Positions 19,673 through 31,404 of a DNA stretch of 32,000 nt are shown here, piece after piece. The stretch is from NCBI RefSeq assembly GCF_900167395.1, contig NZ_FUWK01000019.1, forward strand, positions 14,797 through 46,796. The letters run 5' to 3'. Both the position numbers and the translations under genes were made by a program. Origin of the DNA: Nitrosomonas europaea (GTDB lineage Bacteria > Pseudomonadota > Gammaproteobacteria > Burkholderiales > Nitrosomonadaceae). The notes beneath the pieces were generated by a model that did not search any database, was not told the DNA's origin, and saw nothing but the letters and a program-made list of their open reading frames with translations. Positions within the stretch are counted from its first letter, which is position 1, and every line of letters begins with the position of its first letter.

Positions 19673-20044
19673 ATGAATAAACCTTCCTCTGCCAGGCTGA
19701 TCATTCTGGCATTTCTTGTCAGCATGCTGACAAATACGTTCGGATGGTCATTCAATGGTAAGGTGTTCACGCATGAACTGGCGCATCATCATTACAGGGA
19801 GTTGTTTCTGATGTATCCCGATGCGCATCTTGAGCTGCACCACGCGCTTGATGACAGTGTTGATCTGGATGCCGCTACTCACTTGTGTCTGCACGCTGCC
19901 GGCCAGTTTCAACCGTTTTACCTGCCCGCATCATTGCAGATAAATACTGCTGACGTGAGGGAGATGACACCGGAAATTGCTGACAGCTCTTTTCCGGAAA
20001 CGATTCCCGACCGTCTTTACCACCCTCCCCGATTACTTTCCTGA
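19673..20044 (+). CDS. small secreted histidine-rich protein (occupies a CzcI-like position upstream of czcC)
   Basis: ATG at 19673 gives MNKPSSARLIILAFLVSMLTNTFGWSF, which is signal-peptide-like. His clusters follow: HELAHHHY, HLELHH, THLCLH. Function is assigned only from context. Confidence 0.5.
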   Translation: MNKPSSARLIILAFLVSMLTNTFGWSFNGKVFTHELAHHHYRELFLMYPDAHLELHHALDDSVDLDAATHLCLHAAGQFQPFYLPASLQINTADVREMTPEIADSSFPETIPDRLYHPPRLLS

Positions 20045-20149
20045 TCCAGTCCTGGCTGGCTGAAACTGCAGCAGAGCCGGGTAGCCACCGGGTTGGCCGT
20101 TCGGCAATCCGGTTTATTCGCTGTGTCACGTTCGACGTGTTTTCACAGC

Positions 20150-21556
20150 ATGACTTCGTTATCAATCATCATGATGGAATATCAGGTAGAAAGAAGACCC
20201 GGGTCATTTCACCAGGGGGGGGCGATATTTTTCCTGGCGTTCGTACTGACAGGAATGATGTCTATCCAGAATTATGGCGTGGCGCTCGCAAATGCTGCAG
20301 CGCCGACCGCGGATGTACAGGCAGGTGGTATCAGTGAAAAAGGGGATCTTACCTTGCGACAGGTGCTGCAACTGGTTTTGCAGAATAACCCTGAGTTATC
20401 CGCTTTTTCCAGAGAAATAGCCGCTCATGAAGGTACGAAATTACAGGCCGGTCTGTTCAATAATCCGGAGTTCAGTATCGAAGCGGAAGACATCAACTCT
20501 TCCAATAGTGCCATTCAGAAATTTGCGACTTTCCGTATCAGTCAGTTGATTGAACTTGGCGGTAAGCGGCCGGCCCGGGTGAATGTAGCAACGCTTGGGC
20601 AGGAACTGGCCGATCAGGCTCATGCCGCCAAACGGTTGGAAATCATTGCACGTACCGCCAGTGCCTTTGTCGATGTGCTGGAAAATCAGGCGCAGGTGAG
20701 TGTAATGGACGATACCTTGCATCTGGTCCAGGTTGCGATGGAGACGGTGGTTAAACGGGTCGAAGCCGGGAAAGCACCGCCCATGGAGGCAATTCGTTCG
20801 AAAGTTGCGCTATCCACTGCAAGCATCGAGCTGGAACAGGCCCGGCGCAGCCTGTCAGCCGCCAGAACGAAGCTCGCCTTACTTTGGGGTGAAGCAGAAC
20901 CTCGATTCGACCGGGTGCTGGGAGAACTGGAATCATTCGTCGAGATACCGGAGTTTGATCAGCTGGTAAAGCGCCTCGAAGAAAACCCGGTCGTGCGGCA
21001 AAGTCTCAAGAATGTTGCACAACGCGAGGCGATGGTCGAGCTGGAAAAAGCGAGGAAAATTCCTGATATAACGGTCGATGCGGGTATTCGGCGTTATCTG
21101 GGAACGGATGATACTACTGCCGTGGTGGGGATGTCGATTCCCATTCCGATTTTTAACCGTAATCAGGGGAATGAGCTGGAAGCTCGCCAGCGCCTGAACA
21201 AGGCAATGGATGAACGGATGTCGGTCGAATTGCAGCTCAGGACTGAGTTTGTACGTAACTACGAGAGTCTGCTGGCAGCCCGGAATGAAATCAGGGTGTT
21301 ACATGATGCAGTGCTGCCGGGTGCACAGAATGCCTTCGAGATCACCAACCGGGGGTATCAACTGGGCAAATTCAGTTTTCTGGAAATGCTGGATGCTCAG
21401 CGTACTTTTTTTCAGAATCGCATTCTTTATGTGCGGGCGCTGGCCAATTATCAGCGCCTGGTCAACACGATCGAGCAGTTGATTGCAGCACCGCTTGCTG
21501 ATTCAGCTACGGATTCAACGAGACTCAACAATCAAGGGAAGGAGCATAATCAATGA
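20150..21556 (+). CDS. czcC: outer-membrane factor of a heavy-metal RND efflux system (CzcC/TolC family)
   Basis: About 468 aa with signal-like AIFFLAFVLTGMMSIQNYGVALANA and two coiled OEP-type repeats. The stop overlaps the czcB start (ATGA at 21553-21556). The start is uncertain; candidates are 20093 TTG, 20150 and 20171 ATG. Confidence 0.8.
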   Translation: MTSLSIIMMEYQVERRPGSFHQGGAIFFLAFVLTGMMSIQNYGVALANAAAPTADVQAGGISEKGDLTLRQVLQLVLQNNPELSAFSREIAAHEGTKLQAGLFNNPEFSIEAEDINSSNSAIQKFATFRISQLIELGGKRPARVNVATLGQELADQAHAAKRLEIIARTASAFVDVLENQAQVSVMDDTLHLVQVAMETVVKRVEAGKAPPMEAIRSKVALSTASIELEQARRSLSAARTKLALLWGEAEPRFDRVLGELESFVEIPEFDQLVKRLEENPVVRQSLKNVAQREAMVELEKARKIPDITVDAGIRRYLGTDDTTAVVGMSIPIPIFNRNQGNELEARQRLNKAMDERMSVELQLRTEFVRNYESLLAARNEIRVLHDAVLPGAQNAFEITNRGYQLGKFSFLEMLDAQRTFFQNRILYVRALANYQRLVNTIEQLIAAPLADSATDSTRLNNQGKEHNQ

Positions 21557-23046
21557 ACGTTACCGGACGGTTACCCATCGTAGCGGTTATTCTGGCCGGT
21601 ATCCTGCTGGGAACATGGCTGCTGATCGGCGGATCCGGATTGCCGGATATCGTAGAGCGATTTTCTTCTGCGGAGCCGGAAACTGAATCCGGATCAGCAA
21701 CCGGATCCAGGGGCGGGGAATTATTTACGAAAGACGATTTGAGCCTGGAACTGATCATCCATGAAGAGGGTGTGTTTCCACACTTCAGAATCTATCCATA
21801 CTGGCAGAAGCAATCCTTGTCACCCGCAGAGATGAAGGTAACGGTGGCATTGTCACGCCTTGGCAGGCCGGCGCAACTGTTTCATTTCCGGCCGGAAAGC
21901 GACTATCTGATCAGTGACCAGGAAGTGGAAGAGCCGCATTCTTTCGAATTGGTCGTCGCTGCTGAGTATCAGGGCAAGGCCTATCGCTGGAATCACAGCC
22001 AGGTCGAGGCACGAGTGGAAATGTCCGATACGATGATGCAAAGCAGCGATATCGAGCTGGCCACGGCCGGTCCTGCTGTCATCCGCTCGGAGATTACCCT
22101 GCCGGGTGAAATCATCTTCAATGAACATAATATTGTGCATGTAGTTCCTCGTCTGCCCGGTATGGTGGTGTCTATCAAACGCCACCACGGGCAGCGGGTG
22201 AAAAAAGGTGAGGTGCTTGCTGTCATGGAAAGCGCCATGCTGGCTGATCTGCACAGCCAGTACCTGCTTGCCCGCAGGCGACAAACATTGGCGCAAACGA
22301 TTTATGATCGGGAAGAACAGTTATGGCGGGAGAAGATTACTGCCAGACAGGATTACCTCACTGCCCGGCAGCAGCGGGAAGAAGCCAGTATTACCACCCA
22401 GCTGGCGGCTGAACGTTTGCTGGCACTGGGTGTGCAGCCGAAATCCGATTTATCCGGGAAAAATCTTGCCCGTTATGAAATCCGCTCTCCCATTTCCGGA
22501 ATTGTCATCGATGAAGCGATCGTTACCGGAGAAGTCGTCAAGGAGGATAAAACGGCATTTATCATCGCCGACATTTCCACGATCTGGGCGGCTGTCAGGG
22601 TTTTTCCCGGCAATCTGCACCAGGTTCATGTGGGCCAGCGTGCCGTCATCCGGGCAAATGCCTATGATCTGACGCGGGAGGGAGAAGTCACCTATGTGAC
22701 GACGCTGCTCGACGAACAGACTCGTACAGCGGTTGCACGGGTGCAGCTCGATAATCAGGATGAACGATGGCGGCCTGGCATGTTCGTCAAAGCTGATTTG
22801 CAGACCGAAGCAGCCGAAGTTCCGGTGGCAGTATCGCTGGAAGCGATTCAGACAATCGGTGACCAGTCAGTCGTATTTGGCCGTTATGGCGATTATTTCG
22901 AAATGCGTCCGCTCAAACTGGGGCGCAGTGATAACCGGATGGCCGAGGTGATCGAAGGTTTGTTCGCAGGCGAGCGTTATGCCGTAAGTAACAGTTTCAT
23001 CATCAAGTCAGAGCTGGGTAAAGCAGGAGCCGCGCATGATCACTGA
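21553..23046 (+). CDS. czcB: periplasmic adaptor (membrane fusion protein, HlyD/CzcB family)
   Basis: N-terminal TM segment, LPGEIIFNEHNIVHVVPRLPGMVVSI and a lipoyl-like GQRVKKGEVLAVMES hairpin region. 497 aa. It lies between the OMF and RND pump genes. Confidence 0.85.
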   Translation: MNVTGRLPIVAVILAGILLGTWLLIGGSGLPDIVERFSSAEPETESGSATGSRGGELFTKDDLSLELIIHEEGVFPHFRIYPYWQKQSLSPAEMKVTVALSRLGRPAQLFHFRPESDYLISDQEVEEPHSFELVVAAEYQGKAYRWNHSQVEARVEMSDTMMQSSDIELATAGPAVIRSEITLPGEIIFNEHNIVHVVPRLPGMVVSIKRHHGQRVKKGEVLAVMESAMLADLHSQYLLARRRQTLAQTIYDREEQLWREKITARQDYLTARQQREEASITTQLAAERLLALGVQPKSDLSGKNLARYEIRSPISGIVIDEAIVTGEVVKEDKTAFIIADISTIWAAVRVFPGNLHQVHVGQRAVIRANAYDLTREGEVTYVTTLLDEQTRTAVARVQLDNQDERWRPGMFVKADLQTEAAEVPVAVSLEAIQTIGDQSVVFGRYGDYFEMRPLKLGRSDNRMAEVIEGLFAGERYAVSNSFIIKSELGKAGAAHDH

Positions 23047-23099
23047 GGAAATACCGGTTGATCTTCCGTGCTGCCCGATTATTGTGTTTACCAGTCTGA

Positions 23100-26369
<3,270 letters not shown>

Positions 26370-26373
26370 GGAT

Positions 26374-26395
26374 TTCGGCCGCGTCGGAATTTTTT
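26374..26395 (+). terminator. possible intrinsic terminator after czcA
   Basis: An imperfect GC-containing hairpin (TTCGGC-CGC-GTCGGAA, one bulge) is followed by TTTTTT at 26390-26395. It begins 5 nt after the czcA stop. Confidence 0.35.
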
Positions 26396-26663
26396 CCACT
26401 TTCTGCCGTTGTGCAATGGCCGAATGAGCTGAGTCAGGGATAATCGGGAATTGTAGTGGTACAGAGCGTTCTTTTCCCGGCGAGCGGGCAGATGCTATGA
26501 GACAATGAATGTCGAATAATTTTACACTTTTGTGGATTACTGATCAGCCATGGCCGGGAGTGGTTTTTATCTTCATGTTTTTTATGGTATTAAATTATTC
26601 TTTACGGTATGGTACGAAATATGCATGTTAAAAGTACAACAGCAGACTTTATTGGCTTCCTGT

Positions 26664-26672
26664 TGTTATACT
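26664..26672 (+). promoter_or_regulatory. candidate extended -10 promoter element (TGtTATACT) for the four-gene cassette
   Basis: It lies in the AT-rich intergenic region about 50-60 nt upstream of the GTG starts at 26719 and 26728. No convincing -35 element was found. Confidence 0.25.
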
Positions 26673-26727
26673 GGCGATATTTTATTTCCCTAAGTTTTGT
26701 ATGTTTTTTACATGAAAGGTGATTAAC

Positions 26728-27153
26728 GTGACAGAAGAAAAAATTCAGGGACAAACAGCTGCTGCTCCTCAGCCGGCGCGCAGGCGATTGCTCAAGAGCA
26801 CGGTCGCCATTCCGGTCATCATGACGCTGCATAGTGGCGCTGCGCTGGCGCGGACGAGTAATCTCGCTGGGCCAGTTGAAGTTGGTGACGCAGTCAAATT
26901 TAATACTGGTGAACGAGAACAGCTTGTGTGTGTTAATTCGGGAGATGGGCCATTGGATGGTGGTCCAACTTATGACTTGGGGAAAACTCCTACTGCCGAT
27001 TTTGCTCCACTTTATGATTTAGATGGTAATCCAATGGATTTAGAGGGGCAGGCAGCAGCGTGCCGCGAGGGGGGGGCAGGTATTTTAATTTCGGCTGCAG
27101 CTTACACTTCTCTCCAAGGTAATGGGTTTCTTGGTAATCTTCCTCCTCTTTGA
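26728..27153 (+). CDS. small exported protein with twin-arginine (Tat)-like signal; candidate substrate of the downstream cassette
   Basis: The signal reads ARRRLLKSTVAIPVIMTLHSGAALA|RTSN: an RRxLLK motif, a hydrophobic core and an AxA site. The mature part is about 105 aa, rich in Gly/Asp/Pro/Ala, with 2 Cys. Start is GTG 26728 (AAAGGTGA upstream) or GTG 26719. The stop overlaps the next start. Confidence 0.6.
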   Translation: MTEEKIQGQTAAAPQPARRRLLKSTVAIPVIMTLHSGAALARTSNLAGPVEVGDAVKFNTGEREQLVCVNSGDGPLDGGPTYDLGKTPTADFAPLYDLDGNPMDLEGQAAACREGGAGILISAAAYTSLQGNGFLGNLPPL

Positions 27154-27470
27154 TATGGGTGAATAATTTAATCTCTGGATTTGATGGTATTTATTGGTAT
27201 CCAAACAGCTCGTTACTACGTATAGAAGAATGGGATGGAGAGTTTACCGTTTTCCAGCCAGAATCCGGTAAGACCCATTTCCTGAATGAGATGGGGTTGC
27301 GAATCCTCACGGTACTTGATCGATCTCCCGCTACGTTGGAAGCAATCTGCCAAGAATTATCAGCGTATTTTTCATTGCAGCTTGATGCGCAATTTCCCGG
27401 ACAAATCATCAGGACCTTGCAGCGCTACGAAGCACTTGGTTTGATCACACGGGTAAAAGAAAACGAGTGA
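27150..27470 (+). CDS. PqqD-family peptide chaperone (RiPP recognition element-like)
   Basis: About 100 aa with the PqqD pattern: EFTVFQPESGKTHFLNEMGLRILTVLDRSPATLEAICQELSAYF...LQRYEALGLI. Non-ATG start, TTG 27150 or GTG 27159. It overlaps both neighbouring genes by 4 nt. Confidence 0.75.
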   Translation: MIWVNNLISGFDGIYWYPNSSLLRIEEWDGEFTVFQPESGKTHFLNEMGLRILTVLDRSPATLEAICQELSAYFSLQLDAQFPGQIIRTLQRYEALGLITRVKENE

Positions 27471-28375
27471 AGGTTGAGCAACTTTCGCTGGATATATTCC
27501 ATACATTGATTACCGGGTCGGGTCTGCGTGTAAAAGCGGGGCCATTCAATTTATCTATCCAGACCTGCTTACCCTCACTCATCGACCAGCTCTACCGGAT
27601 GTATTCCCACTATTCGCTGGTGGATGAAACAGAAATTGCTGAATTTCATGTTCGAATAATTCCTAAACATTCGATCAGACGCCCGCTTGCCCAGTTCATT
27701 CAGTTCCAAATCGATGGCCGATCTCCGTTTCCGCCTGTGCCGGCAAAGCAGGCGTTGGCAACACTGGAATGGGGCATCAATCTGGCGATTGCCATGCGTA
27801 TCAATCATCTGTTGCTGTTTCATTCTGCTGCCGTGGAGCGCAATGGCCATGTACTGTTGCTGCCAGCCTGGCCAGGCAGCGGCAAGACAACCTTGTGCAC
27901 GGCACTGATTCACCGTGGCTATCGGCTGTTTTCCGATGAATTTGGGTTGATGGATCCGCAGTCGGGTGAATTTTTTCCGCTACCCCGGTTGATGCCGCTC
28001 AAAAATCAATCGATCGGGGTGATTCGTGATTATCTGCCGGAAGCAGTGCTGGGGCCGGAAATACCGGGTACATTGAAAGGAACGGTTGCCCATGTGCGCC
28101 CGCCGCAGGAAAGTATCGAACGGGCGGATGAAACTGCGAAACCACGCTGGATCGTTTTTCCGAAATGGTCAGCGGGTGCTGCTTTGCGGTTGGAATCTTT
28201 GCCGCAATCCGAGGCGTTTCTGTTGCTGGCAACCAATGCATTCAATTACGAAGTGCTGGGAGAAACCGCATTTGATGCGGTAACCAGTCTGGTTCGTAAC
28301 TGTGAGTGCCGCAAACTGGTTTATTCCGATTTCGATAGCGCTTTGGCCGCGCTGGATGAACTGACCGATGGCTAA
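27467..28375 (+). CDS. HPr kinase-like P-loop kinase (HprK-related)
   Basis: The HSAAVERNGHVLLLPAWPGSGKTTLCTALIHRGYRLFSDEF arrangement (active-site His region plus Walker A GSGKTT) resembles the HPrK/P C-terminal domain. GTG start in a GTGA overlap with the PqqD-like gene. Confidence 0.78.
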   Translation: MKVEQLSLDIFHTLITGSGLRVKAGPFNLSIQTCLPSLIDQLYRMYSHYSLVDETEIAEFHVRIIPKHSIRRPLAQFIQFQIDGRSPFPPVPAKQALATLEWGINLAIAMRINHLLLFHSAAVERNGHVLLLPAWPGSGKTTLCTALIHRGYRLFSDEFGLMDPQSGEFFPLPRLMPLKNQSIGVIRDYLPEAVLGPEIPGTLKGTVAHVRPPQESIERADETAKPRWIVFPKWSAGAALRLESLPQSEAFLLLATNAFNYEVLGETAFDAVTSLVRNCECRKLVYSDFDSALAALDELTDG

Positions 28376-29480
28376 GGTTGATACCAGGCCAGATCATCAC
28401 CGGTTGCTGCTGGAAACGATCGTTCAGCCTGCTTCCCTGACCGGATACGACAATCGGCAATGGGAATTACTACTGCGGCTGGCGAGACGGGCGCAGCTAT
28501 CCGGCTACCTTGCAGCCAAACTGGAAAAAGACGGGTTGCTGGATAGTATTCCGGCCCGTGCTTCCAATCTGTTGCGCTCTAGCTTAATTCAGGCAAGAAA
28601 ACAGCAGCAATCGGTCAGCTGGGAGCTGAACCGGGTGATGTGGGCGCTGGATGGCCAGGAGATCCCGGTTATCGTCCTCAAAGGAATGGCATATCTGTTG
28701 CAGGATCTGCCGAATGCTCCGGGGCGCATGTTTGCTGACCTGGATTTGCTGGTGTCGAAAGAGAATCTGGGTCAGATCGAATCCAGCCTGCTGAAGAAAG
28801 GCTGGCAGCATCATGCACTGACCGATTACGATGAGCGTTACTATCGTGAGTGGAGTCATGAAATTCCCGCATTGGTGCATCCTGAACGCAGTGTTGAAGT
28901 GGATGTTCACCATACACTTTCTTCACCGTTGGGCAAGCTGAAGATCGATCCACTGCCATTCCGGGAAGCAGCAGTCAAAGTGAAAGATGCAGGTATTTAT
29001 GTGTTGAGCCCGGAAGATATGGTGCTGCATTGTGCAGTCAACCTGTTTCAGAACAACGAGCTGGCCGACGATCTGCGGCATCTGCTCGATTTTCACGAGA
29101 TGATGCTGTTTTTCAGCAGTCAGCAGCCGTTTTTTCAACAAAAGCTGATCGAGCGCGCTAATCAGCTCGGATTAGGAAATCCGCTGTTTTACAGTTTGTA
29201 TTTCAGTCGCTTATTGCTGCGATCAGCGATTCCGGATGATCTGGAAAAACAGCTCGATCGGCAACCCGGTTGGCTGGCGCGGCGTGTCATGCATCATTGC
29301 GTACCGCTGGCATTACTGCCGCAGCATCCTGATCACCCTTCCAGGATGGCGGGATACGCGCGTATGTGGCTTTACTGGCGCAGCCACTGGCTGCGCATGC
29401 CGCTTTACCGTCTGGTACCGCACCTGGCCTATAAGTTTTATCTGTCCGTGTTTCCGGCCAGGGCTGAAACATCAAAGTAG
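28368..29480 (+). CDS. uncharacterised nucleotidyltransferase family protein (NTP_transf_5-like)
   Basis: VIVLKGMAYLLQDLPNAPGRMFADLDLLVSKENL...LLKKGWQ and the later VEVDVHHTL match my memory of the PF14907 pattern (KG..Y....R..D-D-L-V ... D-H). The ATG overlaps the kinase gene by 8 nt. Confidence 0.72.
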   Translation: MAKVDTRPDHHRLLLETIVQPASLTGYDNRQWELLLRLARRAQLSGYLAAKLEKDGLLDSIPARASNLLRSSLIQARKQQQSVSWELNRVMWALDGQEIPVIVLKGMAYLLQDLPNAPGRMFADLDLLVSKENLGQIESSLLKKGWQHHALTDYDERYYREWSHEIPALVHPERSVEVDVHHTLSSPLGKLKIDPLPFREAAVKVKDAGIYVLSPEDMVLHCAVNLFQNNELADDLRHLLDFHEMMLFFSSQQPFFQQKLIERANQLGLGNPLFYSLYFSRLLLRSAIPDDLEKQLDRQPGWLARRVMHHCVPLALLPQHPDHPSRMAGYARMWLYWRSHWLRMPLYRLVPHLAYKFYLSVFPARAETSK

Positions 29481-30902
29481 GAATAACGTAGCTAGGCCCA
29501 GGAAAATAAAGAAACCGCCACTATCAGTGACGGCAGTGATCAGGACACTGGAGCCGAGGGCAGGATCACGCCCGAACTTCTTGCGTGTCAGCGGGATAAG
29601 TACGCCGACGAATGCAGCCAGCAGCAGATTCAGCAGCATGGCGAGTGCCATGACTAGACCCAGTTGCATGTTACGGTAGATGGCGTAGGTGAATAGCCCT
29701 ACTACACTTCCCCATACGATGCCATTGACGATACCGACACCGATTTCCTTGCTGATCAGTTTCAAGGTGCTGTCCTGATTCACCTGTCCCAGCGCAATGG
29801 CCCGAACGATCATGGTGATGGTCTGATTACCGGAATTTCCACCTACCCCCGCTACAATGGGCATCAGCGCAGCAAGTGCAACCAGTTTCTCGATCGAGTT
29901 CTCGAATAATCCGATCACGCGAGAAGCAATGAATGCCGTGACCAGGTTGATCGCTAGCCAGGCCCAGCGGTTGCGTACACTTTTCCAGATGGGAGCAAAC
30001 AGATCTTCTTCTTCGCTCAGACCGGCTTGGCTGCGTGCTTCGAGATCTGCCTTCTCACGCATGAAGTCAATGACTGCGTTGACCGTTACTCGGCCCAGCA
30101 GCTTCCCTTCTGAAGAAATGACGGGGGCGGTTACCAGATCGTACCGTTCAAATGCATGAGTGGCTTGTTCAGCCTTATCGTCTGGAAGAAATTTGACCGT
30201 GTCGCGCGCCATGACTTCCATCACAGTGGCTTCAGGGTCACTTACCAGCAACTGGTTCAACAGCAAGACTCCCTGCAGTTGTTCAGTACGGTCGACCACG
30301 AACAGCTGATCAGTATGATCCGGCAATTCGCCAAGCCGGCGTAAGTAACGCAGCACGACTTCAATGCGCACATCCCCGCGTACGGTAATGACATCGAAAT
30401 CCATCAGTGCGCCTACCGCATCCTCGGAGTAGGACATAGCGGCACGCAGCTGCTCACGTTCTTCCATAGGCAATGCCTGGAAGACGTCTTCCATGACATC
30501 GCTGGGTAAATCAGGGGCCAGATCGGCAATTTCATCCGCGTCCAGTTGTTCTGCCGCAGCAACCAGCTCCTCGCTGTCCATGTCCTCGATCAGCGTTTGG
30601 CGAACGGCATCGGAGACTTCGAGCAGTACCTCACCATCCTGCTCGGCCTTGACCAGCCCCCAGATGATCAGCCGATCTTCGAGAGGCAAAGCTTCAAGGA
30701 TATGGGCGATATCCGCCGGGTGAAGCTTGTCCAGTGCCTGTCGCAGATTGGAGAGATTCTGTTTTTGTATGATCGATTCGATCAGTTCCGGCTCGGGCGT
30801 ATCCTGCAGACGGACGAAACCTTCGACCAGTTTGTATTTTTGCAGCAGATAGGTGACTTTCTGCAGCTTGTCTTCCAGGTTTTCGTGATTTTCTTCAGTC
30901 AT
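29472..30902 (-). CDS. mgtE: magnesium transporter MgtE
   Basis: MgtE_N region (LHPADIAHILEALPLEDRLIIWGLV), tandem CBS-like segment and C-terminal 5-TM domain (GNSGNQTITMIVRAIALG). 476 aa. Confidence 0.93.
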   Translation of the reverse strand: MTEENHENLEDKLQKVTYLLQKYKLVEGFVRLQDTPEPELIESIIQKQNLSNLRQALDKLHPADIAHILEALPLEDRLIIWGLVKAEQDGEVLLEVSDAVRQTLIEDMDSEELVAAAEQLDADEIADLAPDLPSDVMEDVFQALPMEEREQLRAAMSYSEDAVGALMDFDVITVRGDVRIEVVLRYLRRLGELPDHTDQLFVVDRTEQLQGVLLLNQLLVSDPEATVMEVMARDTVKFLPDDKAEQATHAFERYDLVTAPVISSEGKLLGRVTVNAVIDFMREKADLEARSQAGLSEEEDLFAPIWKSVRNRWAWLAINLVTAFIASRVIGLFENSIEKLVALAALMPIVAGVGGNSGNQTITMIVRAIALGQVNQDSTLKLISKEIGVGIVNGIVWGSVVGLFTYAIYRNMQLGLVMALAMLLNLLLAAFVGVLIPLTRKKFGRDPALGSSVLITAVTDSGGFFIFLGLATLFLL

Positions 30903-31404
30903 GACTGATCGGTAATCGAAGTTGTCGGTCGAGGGTGGTTATACAATCGAACTGGCGAGGCACACACCTGCCACGTGGTTGTCTGATGTCAGAAATACCG
31001 TTTAGAAGATGAAAAGAAAAAGATGATTCCGTGAAATTTTTCCGAATGATCGGAATACCGATCGGGGGTATAGCGTTTTTTTCACGGATCCAATCATCGT
31101 TGCAGCAGTAAAAAATGCATCTACTGGCTGTAAACGGTATATAAAAGACAGGGAAATCCGGATCAGTCGGAATCGGACCAGCACATTCAGCCTGTATCCG
31201 TTTTTCATTTTAGCATGGAATTTTTTACAGAAAAAAGACAGGGCGACGACATGGATGCTTGCGGAGGCGTGGTATTTTCGTTTTTGCAGCTGCGAAGTAT
31301 AGGGCTATCAACCAGGTCACCACATCACGAAAGAGTCAGGAAAAAGGGGATATGTACGAGGTGACACAGTTACCGCCATTGCGCAAGTAACCCGGGATTC
31401 GATT

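Noticed and set aside
26550-26693. An unlisted 47-aa ORF (MAGSGFYLHVFYGIKLFFTVWYEICMLKVQQQTLLASCCYTGDILFP) lies just upstream of the cassette. It could be imagined as a short RiPP precursor.
   Set aside because: It has no Shine-Dalgarno sequence. Its AT-rich codon composition is typical of promoter DNA, and it overlaps the predicted extended -10 element. It is worth re-checking only if comparative genomics shows conservation at the amino-acid level.
26719-29480. Interpretation of the cassette as a lasso-peptide biosynthetic gene cluster.
   Set aside because: No asparagine-synthetase-like cyclase, transglutaminase-like leader peptidase or short Gly/Asp-containing core peptide was found anywhere in the window. 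Only the accessory-type functions (RRE, kinase, NTase) are present.
30903-31000. A possible Mg2+-sensing leader (M-box-like) upstream of mgtE.
   Set aside because: I could not recognise M-box conserved elements by eye. Only a short bulged hairpin was seen at about 30955-30975. A covariance-model search would be needed to assess this, so no claim is made.
31002-31208. A 68-aa minus-strand ORF upstream of mgtE. The 66-aa minus-strand ORF at 31317-31517 was considered alongside it.
   Set aside because: The translations are repetitive and basic-hydrophobic, with no RBS or motif. The region looks non-coding or degraded.
31143-31242. An 11-nt direct repeat AAAAGACAGGG at 31143-31153 and 31232-31242 upstream of mgtE.
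   Set aside because: A rough expectation for an 11-mer recurring within about 100 bp somewhere in 32 kb is close to one, so it is not distinguishable from chance. No further periodicity was seen.
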